Origin: a virus
Virus record (IMG/VR): IMGVR_UViG_3300035492_000062
Coordinates: 32,925-96,924 of that record
Strand: one strand, 5' to 3'
DNA: 64,000 nucleotides
The first letter of the stretch is position 1. Each line of letters starts with the position of its first letter. Under the pieces are notes generated by a model. That model was not told where the DNA came from. It searched no databases and was given only the letters and a program-made list of their open reading frames with translations. Shown here piece by piece: positions 10,159 through 19,723 of the stretch. The translations under genes were made by a program, and so were the position numbers.

Positions 10159-10407
10159 ATGAGGATGGAGAAAATGTCTAAATCTGTACCAATTCTAAAT
10201 CATTTTGTCATCGTTTCTTTTGATAATGGTGAAATTTCGAACGTAGACTATTATTCGTGTGGAGATGAAGCTACTCTACTTGGGTATATTAGCGAACACT
10301 ACTCAATTAATGAGATGCGAACCATTCAAGTACATAGGCTGTCAAGAGTTTCAAAGGTTAATATCTCAATTACTGTTGGCGATTTAGTGGGGGGAAATTT
10401 AATATGA
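10159..10407 (+). CDS. Hypothetical protein
   Basis: ORF downstream of the promoter, tightly packed. Confidence 0.55.
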   Translation: MRMEKMSKSVPILNHFVIVSFDNGEISNVDYYSCGDEATLLGYISEHYSINEMRTIQVHRLSRVSKVNISITVGDLVGGNLI

Positions 10408-10871
10408 ATCAGTACAATTTAAATGTGAAAGATTTAACATTGTTGGCTAACTATTTAGAGAAGCTGCCGATACATTATAGTCATTTTAATATGGTAAGAT
10501 TTAATAGTGCTTTCGGTACGATACCTGCTGAAATAGAGGAACACTCCTGCGGAACATCTGGATGTGCAGTTGGTCATGCTCCGTTTGTTGAAGGTATACC
10601 TAAGCCAGAAAAAGAAGAACTTTGGAGCGATTATTCAGTCAGAATTGCGTTTTTAAACGATGGATTTTTATGCGAAGACCAAGAAAGTTTGTGGGATTTT
10701 ATGTTTGGTCCTATCTGGTTTGAATACGACAACACTCCACACGGTGCAGCTAAACGCATTAAATTAGCACTATCAAATCCAGATGCCTGTTTAGAAGTTA
10801 TGAAAATACGGTATCGTGGCGACAGTATTACAGAAAGCTATAACAATCTTTTATTAGAATTGGAGAAATAA
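10404..10871 (+). CDS. Hypothetical phage protein
   Basis: CGTSGCAVGHAP motif; ATGA overlap with the upstream gene. Confidence 0.65.
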   Translation: MNQYNLNVKDLTLLANYLEKLPIHYSHFNMVRFNSAFGTIPAEIEEHSCGTSGCAVGHAPFVEGIPKPEKEELWSDYSVRIAFLNDGFLCEDQESLWDFMFGPIWFEYDNTPHGAAKRIKLALSNPDACLEVMKIRYRGDSITESYNNLLLELEK

Positions 10872-10872
10872 A

Positions 10873-11091
10873 ATGAAGATTTTGATTCTATTCTTTTTAG
10901 TTTTGTTAACTGGATGTTCACGAGAACATTTCGGAGTTGTTCCGAACAACAACTCATTTAATAAAAGCGATTTTAGTATTCAGGGCTTACAAGGCGTTCA
11001 GTATTACGTAAGGGCTGCTGGATATAAAGGTTATATGGCGGTTGTAATCGATTCAGAAACTTTACAACCAAAACGTTGTCAACAATTTTAA
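10873..11091 (+). CDS. Small lipoprotein
   Basis: Signal peptide with lipobox LLTG/C. Confidence 0.6.
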   Translation: MKILILFFLVLLTGCSREHFGVVPNNNSFNKSDFSIQGLQGVQYYVRAAGYKGYMAVVIDSETLQPKRCQQF

Positions 11092-11102
11092 GGAGATATC
11101 AT

Positions 11103-13451
11103 ATGTCAAACTATTCAGCTTTTATTGCAAAAATTGATCGTGTAGAACCAATCGAGAAAGCAGATAAAATCCATGTCGCATACGTTCTGGGCGAACCTGT
11201 AATCGTCTCCAAAGAATGGGGAGTAGGTAAGGTGGGTGTTTTCTTTGCACCTGATACACAGCTTTCTGTTGAGTTCTGTGCGAACAACAATCTATATCGA
11301 GATGCAGAGAAAAACTCAGACAAAACCAAAAAAGGTTTCTTTGAGAATAATCGCCGTGTACGTGCACAACCATTCTTAGGCATTAAATCGTGCGGCTTCT
11401 TTGCTGATCTTTCTTGTTTAGATTGGACGGGTCACTCAATTGAGTTTAAAGTGGGTGACAAGTACGAAGAGATTAATGGCCAGAAGATCTGTCAGAAATA
11501 TGTCAGTGAGAAGACTCTGAAAGCGATGGGTGCTGGTACTAAGAAAGCAAAAATTACCTTCGCCCCAGAGTTTAAAGAACACGTTGATACTGACCAGTTT
11601 AAGTACTATGTTGATCATATTCAAAAAGGTAGTCTGATCTCTATTCAGGCTAAACAACATGGATGCTTTCCTCCGTCTCAGAAGATAAAATTGTGGGGTG
11701 GGCAGATAAAGAAAATTGGTGAAATTGTAGCTGGTGATGTAGTTATTGGTTTAGATAGTAACAATAAACCAGCACCAGCCACAGTAACCAATGTTTTTGA
11801 TAATGGATGTACTGATGAGTGGGTTAGACTAACTTACACTCGTGGAGGCATAAAGGGAAACTGTACTGGAAAAATAATCTGTACTCCAAATCACCAGATT
11901 CTTACAGGTAGAGGTTACATCGATGCAAAAGACGTCATTGATGGCGATATGGTTTATAGTGCAAAAACAACCAAAGTACCATCAAAACAAATGATAGGAA
12001 CATTCCTTGGTATGTTACTCGGTGATGGGTATTTGTCAGAACACAACAATCTTCAATTCTGTCATAAATTAGATCATCTAGACTACTTGAATTATAAGTT
12101 GAGTATATTTTCAGAATTTGGTGATAGGACGAAAAGAACAACTAATAAAATTTCTGGTTATGGTTCTAAGACAGTCTTTAATCTTCTTCCAGCAATCTCA
12201 ACCATGACACAATTATTCTCTAAAAATCAAGTGAAGGGGATTGGTAAAGTTCTTACTGGCGATTTAGTTGAACTTGCAACAGTGGAGACTTTGGCATTTT
12301 TATATATGGATGATGGGAATCTCCAACACACTGAGGTGCAACAAGATCGAGCAGGTATTGCCATTTGTGGTATTCGTGATGAAGATGTACATACAATCAT
12401 CAAAATTTTTAATAAGTTTGATATTTATCCTGTACACTATAAACGAGACTATAACAGATTGAGGTTTAATACGAAAGATGCATACAAGCTATTTGAGCTT
12501 ATTAAGAACATCGTGCCCGTTTGTATGCAATATAAATTACCCCCAGAACTAAGAACGGGGGTTGAACCGAGCTGGGATTTTGGTAAAGTAGAAGATGGAG
12601 TAGTGATGACTCCACAAACTATTATCTCAAACACTATTGAAGTTATGCAGTCAACAAAGAAAGTGGACATCGAAACAACCACCCATAATTATGTGGCTGG
12701 TGAAATTTTCGTACATAATTCTTCATTTCGGGTAGCTCATACAAAAGTAGTGGTTGAGTTGCCGAAATGGAAACAGTTAGTCAATAAAATCTACCCAATC
12801 TTCCCTGAGTTTGAATGGAAGTGCATTGCTGGCACTCGGCGTGTGGTGTTAAAACCAGAAGAAACAGACAAGGAGGGTTGGCATGGCTCGGAATCTTATA
12901 GATTTGAGGTTTTAGAGGCATTAAAACCATATCTAACCAAAGGTATGACCATGTACGGTGAGATCGTTGGCTTTGTCAATGGCAAACCTATCATGGGAAC
13001 ACATGATGTTTCTAAGCTTAAAGACGAACGCTTTACTAAGAAATATGGTAAAACAATCACATATTCTTACGGCTGTAATGAAGGCCAGTACAAGTTTTTT
13101 GTGTACCGGATTACATTAACAACTGAGGGTGGTGATGTGATCGACTTCACTCAAGATCAGTTATTGGATTTCTGCCATAACCGTGGAATTCCGCACACGT
13201 TTGATCTTGTTGAGCCATTTGTTTATGATGGTGATAAAGAGAAACTGATGGAACTTGTAGAACGTCTTACTGAACGCGAAGATGTCTTGACTGAGGACTA
13301 TATTGATCCGAGAAGTGTGAGCGAGGGGGTTATCATTAGGTGTGATTATAAAGGTCTTACGCCTAAGTTTTACAAGAGCAAATCTAAGGTCTTCCGCATC
13401 CTCGAAGGGATTTACAAAGAAGACAATGTGGATGTAGAAGACGCCTCGTAA
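11103..13451 (+). CDS. ATP-dependent RNA ligase (Rnl2/DRB0094-like, N-terminal OB-like domain) containing an intein
   Basis: IDRVEPIEKADKI N-domain; motif I KQHG|SS after splicing; motif III MYGEIVG, IIIa FFVYRI, IV SEGVIIR, V YKSKS; start behind AAGGAG. Confidence 0.8.
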   Translation: MSNYSAFIAKIDRVEPIEKADKIHVAYVLGEPVIVSKEWGVGKVGVFFAPDTQLSVEFCANNNLYRDAEKNSDKTKKGFFENNRRVRAQPFLGIKSCGFFADLSCLDWTGHSIEFKVGDKYEEINGQKICQKYVSEKTLKAMGAGTKKAKITFAPEFKEHVDTDQFKYYVDHIQKGSLISIQAKQHGCFPPSQKIKLWGGQIKKIGEIVAGDVVIGLDSNNKPAPATVTNVFDNGCTDEWVRLTYTRGGIKGNCTGKIICTPNHQILTGRGYIDAKDVIDGDMVYSAKTTKVPSKQMIGTFLGMLLGDGYLSEHNNLQFCHKLDHLDYLNYKLSIFSEFGDRTKRTTNKISGYGSKTVFNLLPAISTMTQLFSKNQVKGIGKVLTGDLVELATVETLAFLYMDDGNLQHTEVQQDRAGIAICGIRDEDVHTIIKIFNKFDIYPVHYKRDYNRLRFNTKDAYKLFELIKNIVPVCMQYKLPPELRTGVEPSWDFGKVEDGVVMTPQTIISNTIEVMQSTKKVDIETTTHNYVAGEIFVHNSSFRVAHTKVVVELPKWKQLVNKIYPIFPEFEWKCIAGTRRVVLKPEETDKEGWHGSESYRFEVLEALKPYLTKGMTMYGEIVGFVNGKPIMGTHDVSKLKDERFTKKYGKTITYSYGCNEGQYKFFVYRITLTTEGGDVIDFTQDQLLDFCHNRGIPHTFDLVEPFVYDGDKEKLMELVERLTEREDVLTEDYIDPRSVSEGVIIRCDYKGLTPKFYKSKSKVFRILEGIYKEDNVDVEDAS
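11664..12719 (+). mobile_element. Intein (352 aa) with LAGLIDADG endonuclease in the RNA ligase
   Basis: Starts CFPPSQKI; block B CTPNHQI; GMLLGDG and AFLYMDDG; ends DIETTTHNYVAGEIFVHN before Ser(+1). Confidence 0.9.
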
Positions 13452-13462
13452 GAGGCTTCTTT
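13443..13462 (+). terminator. Rho-independent terminator
   Basis: GCCTC-gtaa-GAGGC then TTCTTT. Confidence 0.65.
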
Positions 13463-13470
13463 TATAAATA
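13463..13470 (+). promoter_or_regulatory. T4-type late promoter
   Basis: Exact TATAAATA 24 nt before the ATG at 13495, RBS AAGGAG. Confidence 0.75.
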
Positions 13471-13494
13471 ACTCATACATCTTAAGGAGTTTTT

Positions 13495-14076
13495 ATGAGT
13501 TTTATTAATTTACTTGAACAAGAGCTTAAAGCTCTGGAGGAATCAAGTCTTTCTCGTTTACAGAGCAAAGTTTCTGCATTTGAGTCTGGTGCGATTACTG
13601 CGTTCCGTGGAGAACGAGATCTTGCGACTAACAAAGCAAACAACCGCAAACTGAAAGCATATCTGATGCAACGTGGTTACTCAGTGACTGCGGTGAAAGG
13701 TTCGTACATTGAGAACTTTGGCTCTGAGAATCAGCGTGAAGTTTCTGAACCATCATTCTTTGTTTCTGACCATCAAGGTATTGGTAACTTAGAGCAGACA
13801 TTGACTGCACTGGGCAGAATGTTTGATCAAGACTCTGTGCTTATTGTACCAAAAGGTGGTAAGGACGCATATCTGATTGGTACTTCTCAACGTCCAGATG
13901 CGTGGCCTTCTTATGGCAAACGTGAGATTGTCGGCAGCTCTAAGTTTGGTAAGGTTGCCGGTCAGTTCTTATCTCGTGTTAAGAATCGTGAGTTTGCATT
14001 TGAGTCTGTTAAATTTCCAGATACCATCAATGGTAAACGTGGATGGCACATGCTTGCAGAATCAGTGCAGAAATAG
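13495..14076 (+). CDS. Conserved phage protein, late-expressed, possibly virion-associated
   Basis: EESSLSRL...GAITAFR...GYSVTAVKGSYIE; own late promoter. Confidence 0.7.
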   Translation: MSFINLLEQELKALEESSLSRLQSKVSAFESGAITAFRGERDLATNKANNRKLKAYLMQRGYSVTAVKGSYIENFGSENQREVSEPSFFVSDHQGIGNLEQTLTALGRMFDQDSVLIVPKGGKDAYLIGTSQRPDAWPSYGKREIVGSSKFGKVAGQFLSRVKNREFAFESVKFPDTINGKRGWHMLAESVQK

Positions 14077-14077
14077 C

Positions 14078-14106
14078 TTGACCAGTTAGGATAAAGTAGT
14101 TAAAAT
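14078..14106 (+). promoter_or_regulatory. sigma70-like promoter for dam
   Basis: TTGACC-17 nt-TAAAAT. Confidence 0.65.
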
Positions 14107-14136
14107 GGCTCTATAGAATTCACTATGGAGCCATTC

Positions 14137-14960
14137 ATGTTATACACAAACTCTCCACTTAAGTGGGCTGGCGATAAAATGAAGTTACTACCACACTTAC
14201 TCCCGATTTTAGAAAAACACCGAAAAGGTACATTTGTCGAACCTTTATGGGTTCGTGTACTGTATCTTTAAACTTTGAATCAGACAACTATTTCCTGTGC
14301 GATGCGAACGCAGATCTGGTTAATTTCTTTTCAACCATCACTACCAACGACAAAGATTATTTGCTGACGTTAGCCAATGGATACTTTACTGCTGAGTATG
14401 AATCTTATTACACCATACGAGATTTGTTTAACAATGAACCAGTATGGAGCGTTAAACGTGCAGCAATGTTTCTTTACCTGAATAAATTTGGGTTTAATGG
14501 TCTGTGTCGTTATAACAAATCAGGTAAGTTTAATGTACCTATTGGAAAATCAGCTTCACCTGTCAGATTACCAAAACAGTTGATTCATACATGTAGTGAC
14601 AAGCTGAAATTTGCATCTTTCAACAACTATGATTTTAGACAAACATTTAAACTGACTGAATCAATAAACGATGATTTGGGTGTCTTGATTTATTGTGATT
14701 CTCCGTATGTTCCACTGACTACAGAGTTTAACTACACTGCGGATTGGTTTAAAGAGCAAGACCATGTTGATTTGAAAGATTTGTCAAAAAGTTCTAAGCA
14801 TACTGTTATTTTGTCTAATCATCTGACTGATTTTACAAAAGAGTTGTACAAAGATGCTGATGAAGTGTATACTGTTGATGTACAGCGAACGATTTCTTGT
14901 TCTGGTTCTGAGAGAAAGAAAGTACAAGAGATGATTGTGGTTTATAAAGGGGAGAAATAA
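14137..14960 (+). pseudogene. dam: Dam-family DNA adenine methyltransferase with a frameshift near 14245
   Basis: SPLKWAGDK...FVEP then -1 frame MGSCTV...DANADL...YLNKFGFNGLCRYN...FNVPIG...YCDSPY; one T missing from CCT TTT ATG. Confidence 0.8.
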
Positions 14961-14961
14961 T

Positions 14962-15516
14962 ATGTTTGGATTTTTAAAAAATTTATTCTATGAGAAGCAG
15001 GAAGAAGTACTACAGACAGATCTATCAAAAACTTCCGAAACGATAGCAAAAATCGGACAGGACGGATTTGTTACAAAATTTGTAGAAGAAAATTTACCAG
15101 AAAATTACAACTCCCCGATGATAGATTCTATTTGGGAGAGATTAAAAACTCACAAAGAAATGGAATTTGAGTTTTATCATAAAGAAACTAGGTTAGATAA
15201 GTACTACAACTTTGTGTACACTAAAATCCCAATTTCTAATGGAAAAATAAGATTAAATATGTCCTTACATTTCAATCTGGATGGAGAGCCGGTTGGTACT
15301 CGTTTAGCATATGATATCTCTGAAAAAAGAAATCCAAATTTGAGTTCAGCTCTTCAGATGGTTGAGACTATTTGTACAACTAATGACCATCTATATCTTC
15401 TCTCTTTGTACTTGCGAGATCGTGATGAACTGGTTAGAATGTATAAAGAGAAAGAAATGGAACGGTTTAATGAATATTTGAAACTTTCTGAAAAAGAACC
15501 AATTGAGGGAGAATAG
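14962..15516 (+). CDS. Hypothetical protein
   Basis: ORF with GGAG RBS. Confidence 0.65.
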   Translation: MFGFLKNLFYEKQEEVLQTDLSKTSETIAKIGQDGFVTKFVEENLPENYNSPMIDSIWERLKTHKEMEFEFYHKETRLDKYYNFVYTKIPISNGKIRLNMSLHFNLDGEPVGTRLAYDISEKRNPNLSSALQMVETICTTNDHLYLLSLYLRDRDELVRMYKEKEMERFNEYLKLSEKEPIEGE

Positions 15517-15518
15517 AC

Positions 15519-16079
15519 ATGAAGATTAACAAAAATGCTTGGCACTTTAAATTTTTAATGGGACTTGATAACAGAACTGCTGAGCGATTGGATTATGGCG
15601 GCAAAGTATCTTTCTGTGATTATATGCGAGCATTGGTGTGGAATATGTTGTGGGTATCTTTGGTGTCTATCGCTTTACTGGTACTTGTTTTTTACGCAGT
15701 TATTGTACCTTTATTCTACACACTTTTCGGAGTTGGCGAATCACTTATTAGTGAAGGCGTATTTGCAACATATTTTATTATATTGATGGTTTTGGGGATT
15801 AGTGGTCTATTTCTAACTACTAAGTGGATCTCATATGAGCTAAACCGAGTTGAAGATTATGAGATTGGTGTAGATGAGTTCAATGACTCTTTTGTACCAA
15901 AATATCTACAAAAATATATTTCTTTTAAGTGGCTGTACAACTGGAAAGTTAAGCAGATGAATAAGCCGATTAAACAGACAGTGTACAAACAAAAAGAACC
16001 ATCTGTGTTTTATGAATGGTATAAATCATTCAAAAATAAAGTATGTCCGATTGTTGAATTAGATGAAGGAGAGAAATAA
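15519..16079 (+). CDS. Membrane protein
   Basis: Two hydrophobic segments; GAGG RBS. Confidence 0.65.
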   Translation: MKINKNAWHFKFLMGLDNRTAERLDYGGKVSFCDYMRALVWNMLWVSLVSIALLVLVFYAVIVPLFYTLFGVGESLISEGVFATYFIILMVLGISGLFLTTKWISYELNRVEDYEIGVDEFNDSFVPKYLQKYISFKWLYNWKVKQMNKPIKQTVYKQKEPSVFYEWYKSFKNKVCPIVELDEGEK

Positions 16080-16618
16080 TGGAGAGCTTCTTTCCAACAG
16101 CATTGGTAGTTTGTGTTGCTCTATTTATAGTGTTTGTTGTAGCTTTATTATCAACTACACCGAAACAAACCCAAGAACGAAGTTATGTCCATCACACTAG
16201 CTGCCTTGATGTGGAAAAGCTAATAGAAGAAACGCCGGAAATAATTCTGTGTGCAAAATCATTCAAAAATTTAGAAAACAGAGAGCAGTTATTAAACTCA
16301 GCAAAACACCTAGCAGAACGGGTACTAATAACTGATATACAACTACATGTCAAGTATGTAGTTACACAAAAAGACTTTATTGAATTTGATTTAGAAATAA
16401 ATGATTTTTCATACACCAAAAAACCAGACAGATATAGTGAGTTGACTATTAATTTTCTAAAGTCTGGATTGATGTCCAAAGCAGACAGATCATTCATTTT
16501 AGCGAACGCTTATTTAATGAGTTTAGCTGAAATCAAAGAAAGTTACACCACAGAAAATTTCTTAAAAACTGTGGAAGAGGAAACAAAAATTGAGAGAGGT
16601 GAAAAATGTTTGAAGTGA
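16079..16618 (+). CDS. Hypothetical protein with N-terminal TM anchor
   Basis: ALVVCVALFIVFVVALL; TAATG coupling. Confidence 0.6.
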   Translation: MESFFPTALVVCVALFIVFVVALLSTTPKQTQERSYVHHTSCLDVEKLIEETPEIILCAKSFKNLENREQLLNSAKHLAERVLITDIQLHVKYVVTQKDFIEFDLEINDFSYTKKPDRYSELTINFLKSGLMSKADRSFILANAYLMSLAEIKESYTTENFLKTVEEETKIERGEKCLK

Positions 16619-18681
16619 TTAATCTTGGTGGAATCAAAACCACCACATCAAAAGCAGCATGTAATCATTGTTACTGCGTAGATGTATCTGGTTCAATGTC
16701 ATACGATCTACCAAAGATCCGACAGCACCTTAAGAACATCATTTCAGTAGTTACTCAACCTGAAGATACTATGACGGTGATTTGGTTCAGTGGTAAGGGT
16801 CAGTGTGGTGTAGTTTTTGAAAACTTACCAGTTTCTGACGTCTCCACTGTACAGATGATGCATACTGCCATTGACAAATGGTTGAAGCCCGTGGGTCTGA
16901 CTGGTTTTGTCGATCCAATCAACTTGGCAAAAACAATTGCATTCGCACCAAACAAGATGAACAACTTTGTTTTCTTGTCTGACGGCTATGACAATCAATC
17001 AACACACAAAGACATATTAGAACGTGTTTCTGAGTTACAAACGGTATTCCATAGTATTACTTTCATTGAGTACGGATTCTATGCTGACCGCGAACTATTG
17101 TCTAAGATGGCTCAACAGGTCGGTGGTTTGCATATCTTTGCTGAAGGATATAATCAGTATGATCGTGTGTTTACTGATGCTATCTCTGGTGCTGTACGAG
17201 TAAACAACATCACTGTATCAGTCAACAAACGTGCAAAACATTGTGTTTTCATCTATAATGATGACCAAATCCGCATTGTTCCGGTTATTGATGGGCAGGT
17301 AACAGTACCGGAAGATACACAGAAGATCTATTCTGTTGTACCTAAAGATGTGCTGAGCAAGCAGCTGAGTGCAGAGCATTTGTACTTAATCGTGTACTAT
17401 GCATCAAAAACAGATAACTCCGATTTGGTTTGGAAATGTCTGGAAGCTCTTGGTGACGTTGCACTTGTTAAAGCATATTCCAACGCATTCACCAAACAAG
17501 AACTTTCTCAGTTTGAGGCTCTGGTTGAACTAGCAGTTTTGGATGAATCGAAAAGATTCATCGAGGGACGGGATCTCAATGCGGTTCCAAACAAAAACAC
17601 ACCAACTGTACTTGATTTGCTGAATACGCTATCAGAAGTTGATGCTGAGTTAAGAATTACATCTAGTTACTGGGAGTACAATAAAACAAGTCGCAGTCGT
17701 GAAAGTGCAGATGGAGATAAGACACTCCCACGGTTTGAGTACTCTGAATTGGATAACTCAGTACCATTACATGGTCTGGTATTTAACTCATCAAGACCGA
17801 ATGTCAGCATTCAGACAACACGTTCTGGTCGGGTAGTATTGCCTGAGAATGATTTTGGTTTGGAATCAGTGCCATCTTTTGTTACACGGAATTACACAAT
17901 CATCCGTGATGGGATTAAGAATGTGAAAGTTCTCCCTATTGTAGTAACTCCAGAGGGTTATGAGTCTTTAAAATCATTTCCACATGAGGTGATTGAGTCA
18001 AATGGTAGCAAGAAGTTTGTCATCTTCAACATAGAGAGTTTGCCAGTTGTCAATCGTTCATCGGTTGAAAGTGTTTCTAGTAAAGAGATGATTGATGCTA
18101 TTCGTGCGATTGAGATTCTTGCTGTGCGGAATAAAGTCATCAAATATCGACTTGATTCAATGGAAGTTGCCAATGTTAAGACAGCAAAAATGGCAGAGAA
18201 GTACGGACAAGAAGCAGCAGATTGGTTAAGCTCAATTGGTGTGCGAGACTATGGGTTTTCTCCTGTAGGGACTACCGGATCTGAAGTGTCTGACGTGTAT
18301 GAGGCTATCTCCGTCTCTTACAAGATCAAAGGTATGTCATCTATTCCAGCAGTTGGCGCAGTGATCAAGAAAGCTGATGAGATTAAACAGGCTATTGAGT
18401 TTGGTAAACCGTCTAAGAAGTCTTTAAACCTACCAGAGTCTTTGATAATTGAAGTTCTGGATGAATTAAAAGACTTTAAAGAGAAAGACCTGCTGGCTTT
18501 GCGAGAATCTTCCACAAAACGCAAACGCATGTTAGAAGTGATCTTGGCGAAGAAGGTTTTTGCACTGATTCTTGGTCGCAAGTGGTTTGCTGATACAGAT
18601 GAGTTTGAGAGTGAAATTGATTTTGGTGAAAGAAAAACGCAAATCACCTTGATCAAATCACGGGAAACTGTTAAGATCTAA
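16606..18681 (+). CDS. von Willebrand factor A domain protein
   Basis: MIDAS DVSGS, FLSDGYD, ITFIEYG. Confidence 0.8.
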   Translation: MFEVINLGGIKTTTSKAACNHCYCVDVSGSMSYDLPKIRQHLKNIISVVTQPEDTMTVIWFSGKGQCGVVFENLPVSDVSTVQMMHTAIDKWLKPVGLTGFVDPINLAKTIAFAPNKMNNFVFLSDGYDNQSTHKDILERVSELQTVFHSITFIEYGFYADRELLSKMAQQVGGLHIFAEGYNQYDRVFTDAISGAVRVNNITVSVNKRAKHCVFIYNDDQIRIVPVIDGQVTVPEDTQKIYSVVPKDVLSKQLSAEHLYLIVYYASKTDNSDLVWKCLEALGDVALVKAYSNAFTKQELSQFEALVELAVLDESKRFIEGRDLNAVPNKNTPTVLDLLNTLSEVDAELRITSSYWEYNKTSRSRESADGDKTLPRFEYSELDNSVPLHGLVFNSSRPNVSIQTTRSGRVVLPENDFGLESVPSFVTRNYTIIRDGIKNVKVLPIVVTPEGYESLKSFPHEVIESNGSKKFVIFNIESLPVVNRSSVESVSSKEMIDAIRAIEILAVRNKVIKYRLDSMEVANVKTAKMAEKYGQEAADWLSSIGVRDYGFSPVGTTGSEVSDVYEAISVSYKIKGMSSIPAVGAVIKKADEIKQAIEFGKPSKKSLNLPESLIIEVLDELKDFKEKDLLALRESSTKRKRMLEVILAKKVFALILGRKWFADTDEFESEIDFGERKTQITLIKSRETVKI

Positions 18682-18688
18682 ACTAGAT

Positions 18689-18713
18689 GGGGACTCCATT
18701 GTCCCCTTATTTT
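18689..18713 (+). terminator. Rho-independent terminator
   Basis: GGGGAC-tccatt-GTCCCC then TTATTTT. Confidence 0.65.
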
Positions 18714-18727
18714 TGAGGAAATATCTA

Positions 18728-19060
18728 ATGGGAAATACATATTATCCAGACGGCTGGTGCATCATCAGGTTATTAAACAACGACTATCGAGTCTTTGCCT
18801 CATGGGGTGGTGGTTATCTCCACGGTGATAGTTGGAGAATCAACTCAGGGGTTGCATCTTTTACAGAAACTGAAACTCATATTAACTTTATCGGTGACAG
18901 TGGTTCTGTGTATGTGTGCGCCAAGTCAACTGAAAATAGACTAACTGGGTATAATATGAGTGTTCTTGATGGGGTTCTGAAAAGGAACGTTGCTGTAATA
19001 GTCCAATTTGAAAAATTTAAAGAAGACTTTGAACTTCCTGTTGCGAAGTCTGACGAATGA
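18728..19060 (+). CDS. Conserved hypothetical phage protein
   Basis: YPDGW...VFASWGGGYLHGDSWRINSG...SGSVY. Confidence 0.7.
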   Translation: MGNTYYPDGWCIIRLLNNDYRVFASWGGGYLHGDSWRINSGVASFTETETHINFIGDSGSVYVCAKSTENRLTGYNMSVLDGVLKRNVAVIVQFEKFKEDFELPVAKSDE

Positions 19061-19069
19061 TAGTACAAT
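19041..19069 (+). promoter_or_regulatory. sigma70-like promoter
   Basis: TTGCGA-17 nt-TACAAT. Confidence 0.55.
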
Positions 19070-19103
19070 AAAAGCACAGATATGAGTAGATTGGAGATAT
19101 AAA

Positions 19104-19487
19104 ATGATCAGTAACAAAGATTTCAAAACAATGGTAGTTAATGCAATCCTTGCGCTTGAACAACAAGGGGAACCGTCTCATAATTCTGAAACTGGTGGTT
19201 GTTTTTATCTAATGCATAAAAATGACGGCAAAAAACTTTGCTGCATCGTAGGACATATGATGCCAGATAATGATGTACGAGTCAGAGCAGACTCAAACAG
19301 ATACACATCAGTCGATGATTTATATAGTATTAATTTCGAGTGGGTTAAACAATTTTCAGAAGAGCAGCTTAATCTGTTGGTTAGTTTACAAGAAGAGCAT
19401 GATAATTGGACTGATAATCACAGCATCAAGCAAATGAAAATTCTAGCAGAAGAATTTTTTGACGAAAATTTATTTGGAGAAGTATAA
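19104..19487 (+). CDS. Hypothetical phage protein
   Basis: QQGEPS...CFY...CCIVGHMM...LQEEHD; GGAG RBS. Confidence 0.65.
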   Translation: MISNKDFKTMVVNAILALEQQGEPSHNSETGGCFYLMHKNDGKKLCCIVGHMMPDNDVRVRADSNRYTSVDDLYSINFEWVKQFSEEQLNLLVSLQEEHDNWTDNHSIKQMKILAEEFFDENLFGEV

Positions 19488-19723
19488 TGGAATTTTTTGT
19501 TTGGTTGTTATCTCTGATTGCATTATTTTCATACATCGTCCCTATGATTGCTTACTATGGTCTACTCTATCTGAACATAGAACTCTATCGGAGAAAGTAT
19601 AAAGATTTTAATAACGAGTTGATTTTAATAGTCTCGGTTGGTGTTATTCCATTCTTCAATGCGTTATTTCTTCCAGAGATGTACAAGGACTATGTTTTGA
19701 AGGATGCTGGTGATGACTCGTAA
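19487..19723 (+). CDS. Small membrane protein
   Basis: Two hydrophobic stretches. Confidence 0.55.
   Translation: MEFFVWLLSLIALFSYIVPMIAYYGLLYLNIELYRRKYKDFNNELILIVSVGVIPFFNALFLPEMYKDYVLKDAGDDS

Noticed and set aside
13495-14076. Counting MSFINLLEQELKALEE (and MFEEKMNEMLEEG at 32683) as members of the leader family
   Set aside because: Glu-rich and late-expressed, so possibly processed, but they lack the L/I-Y-E-S-L core; left out of the motif set
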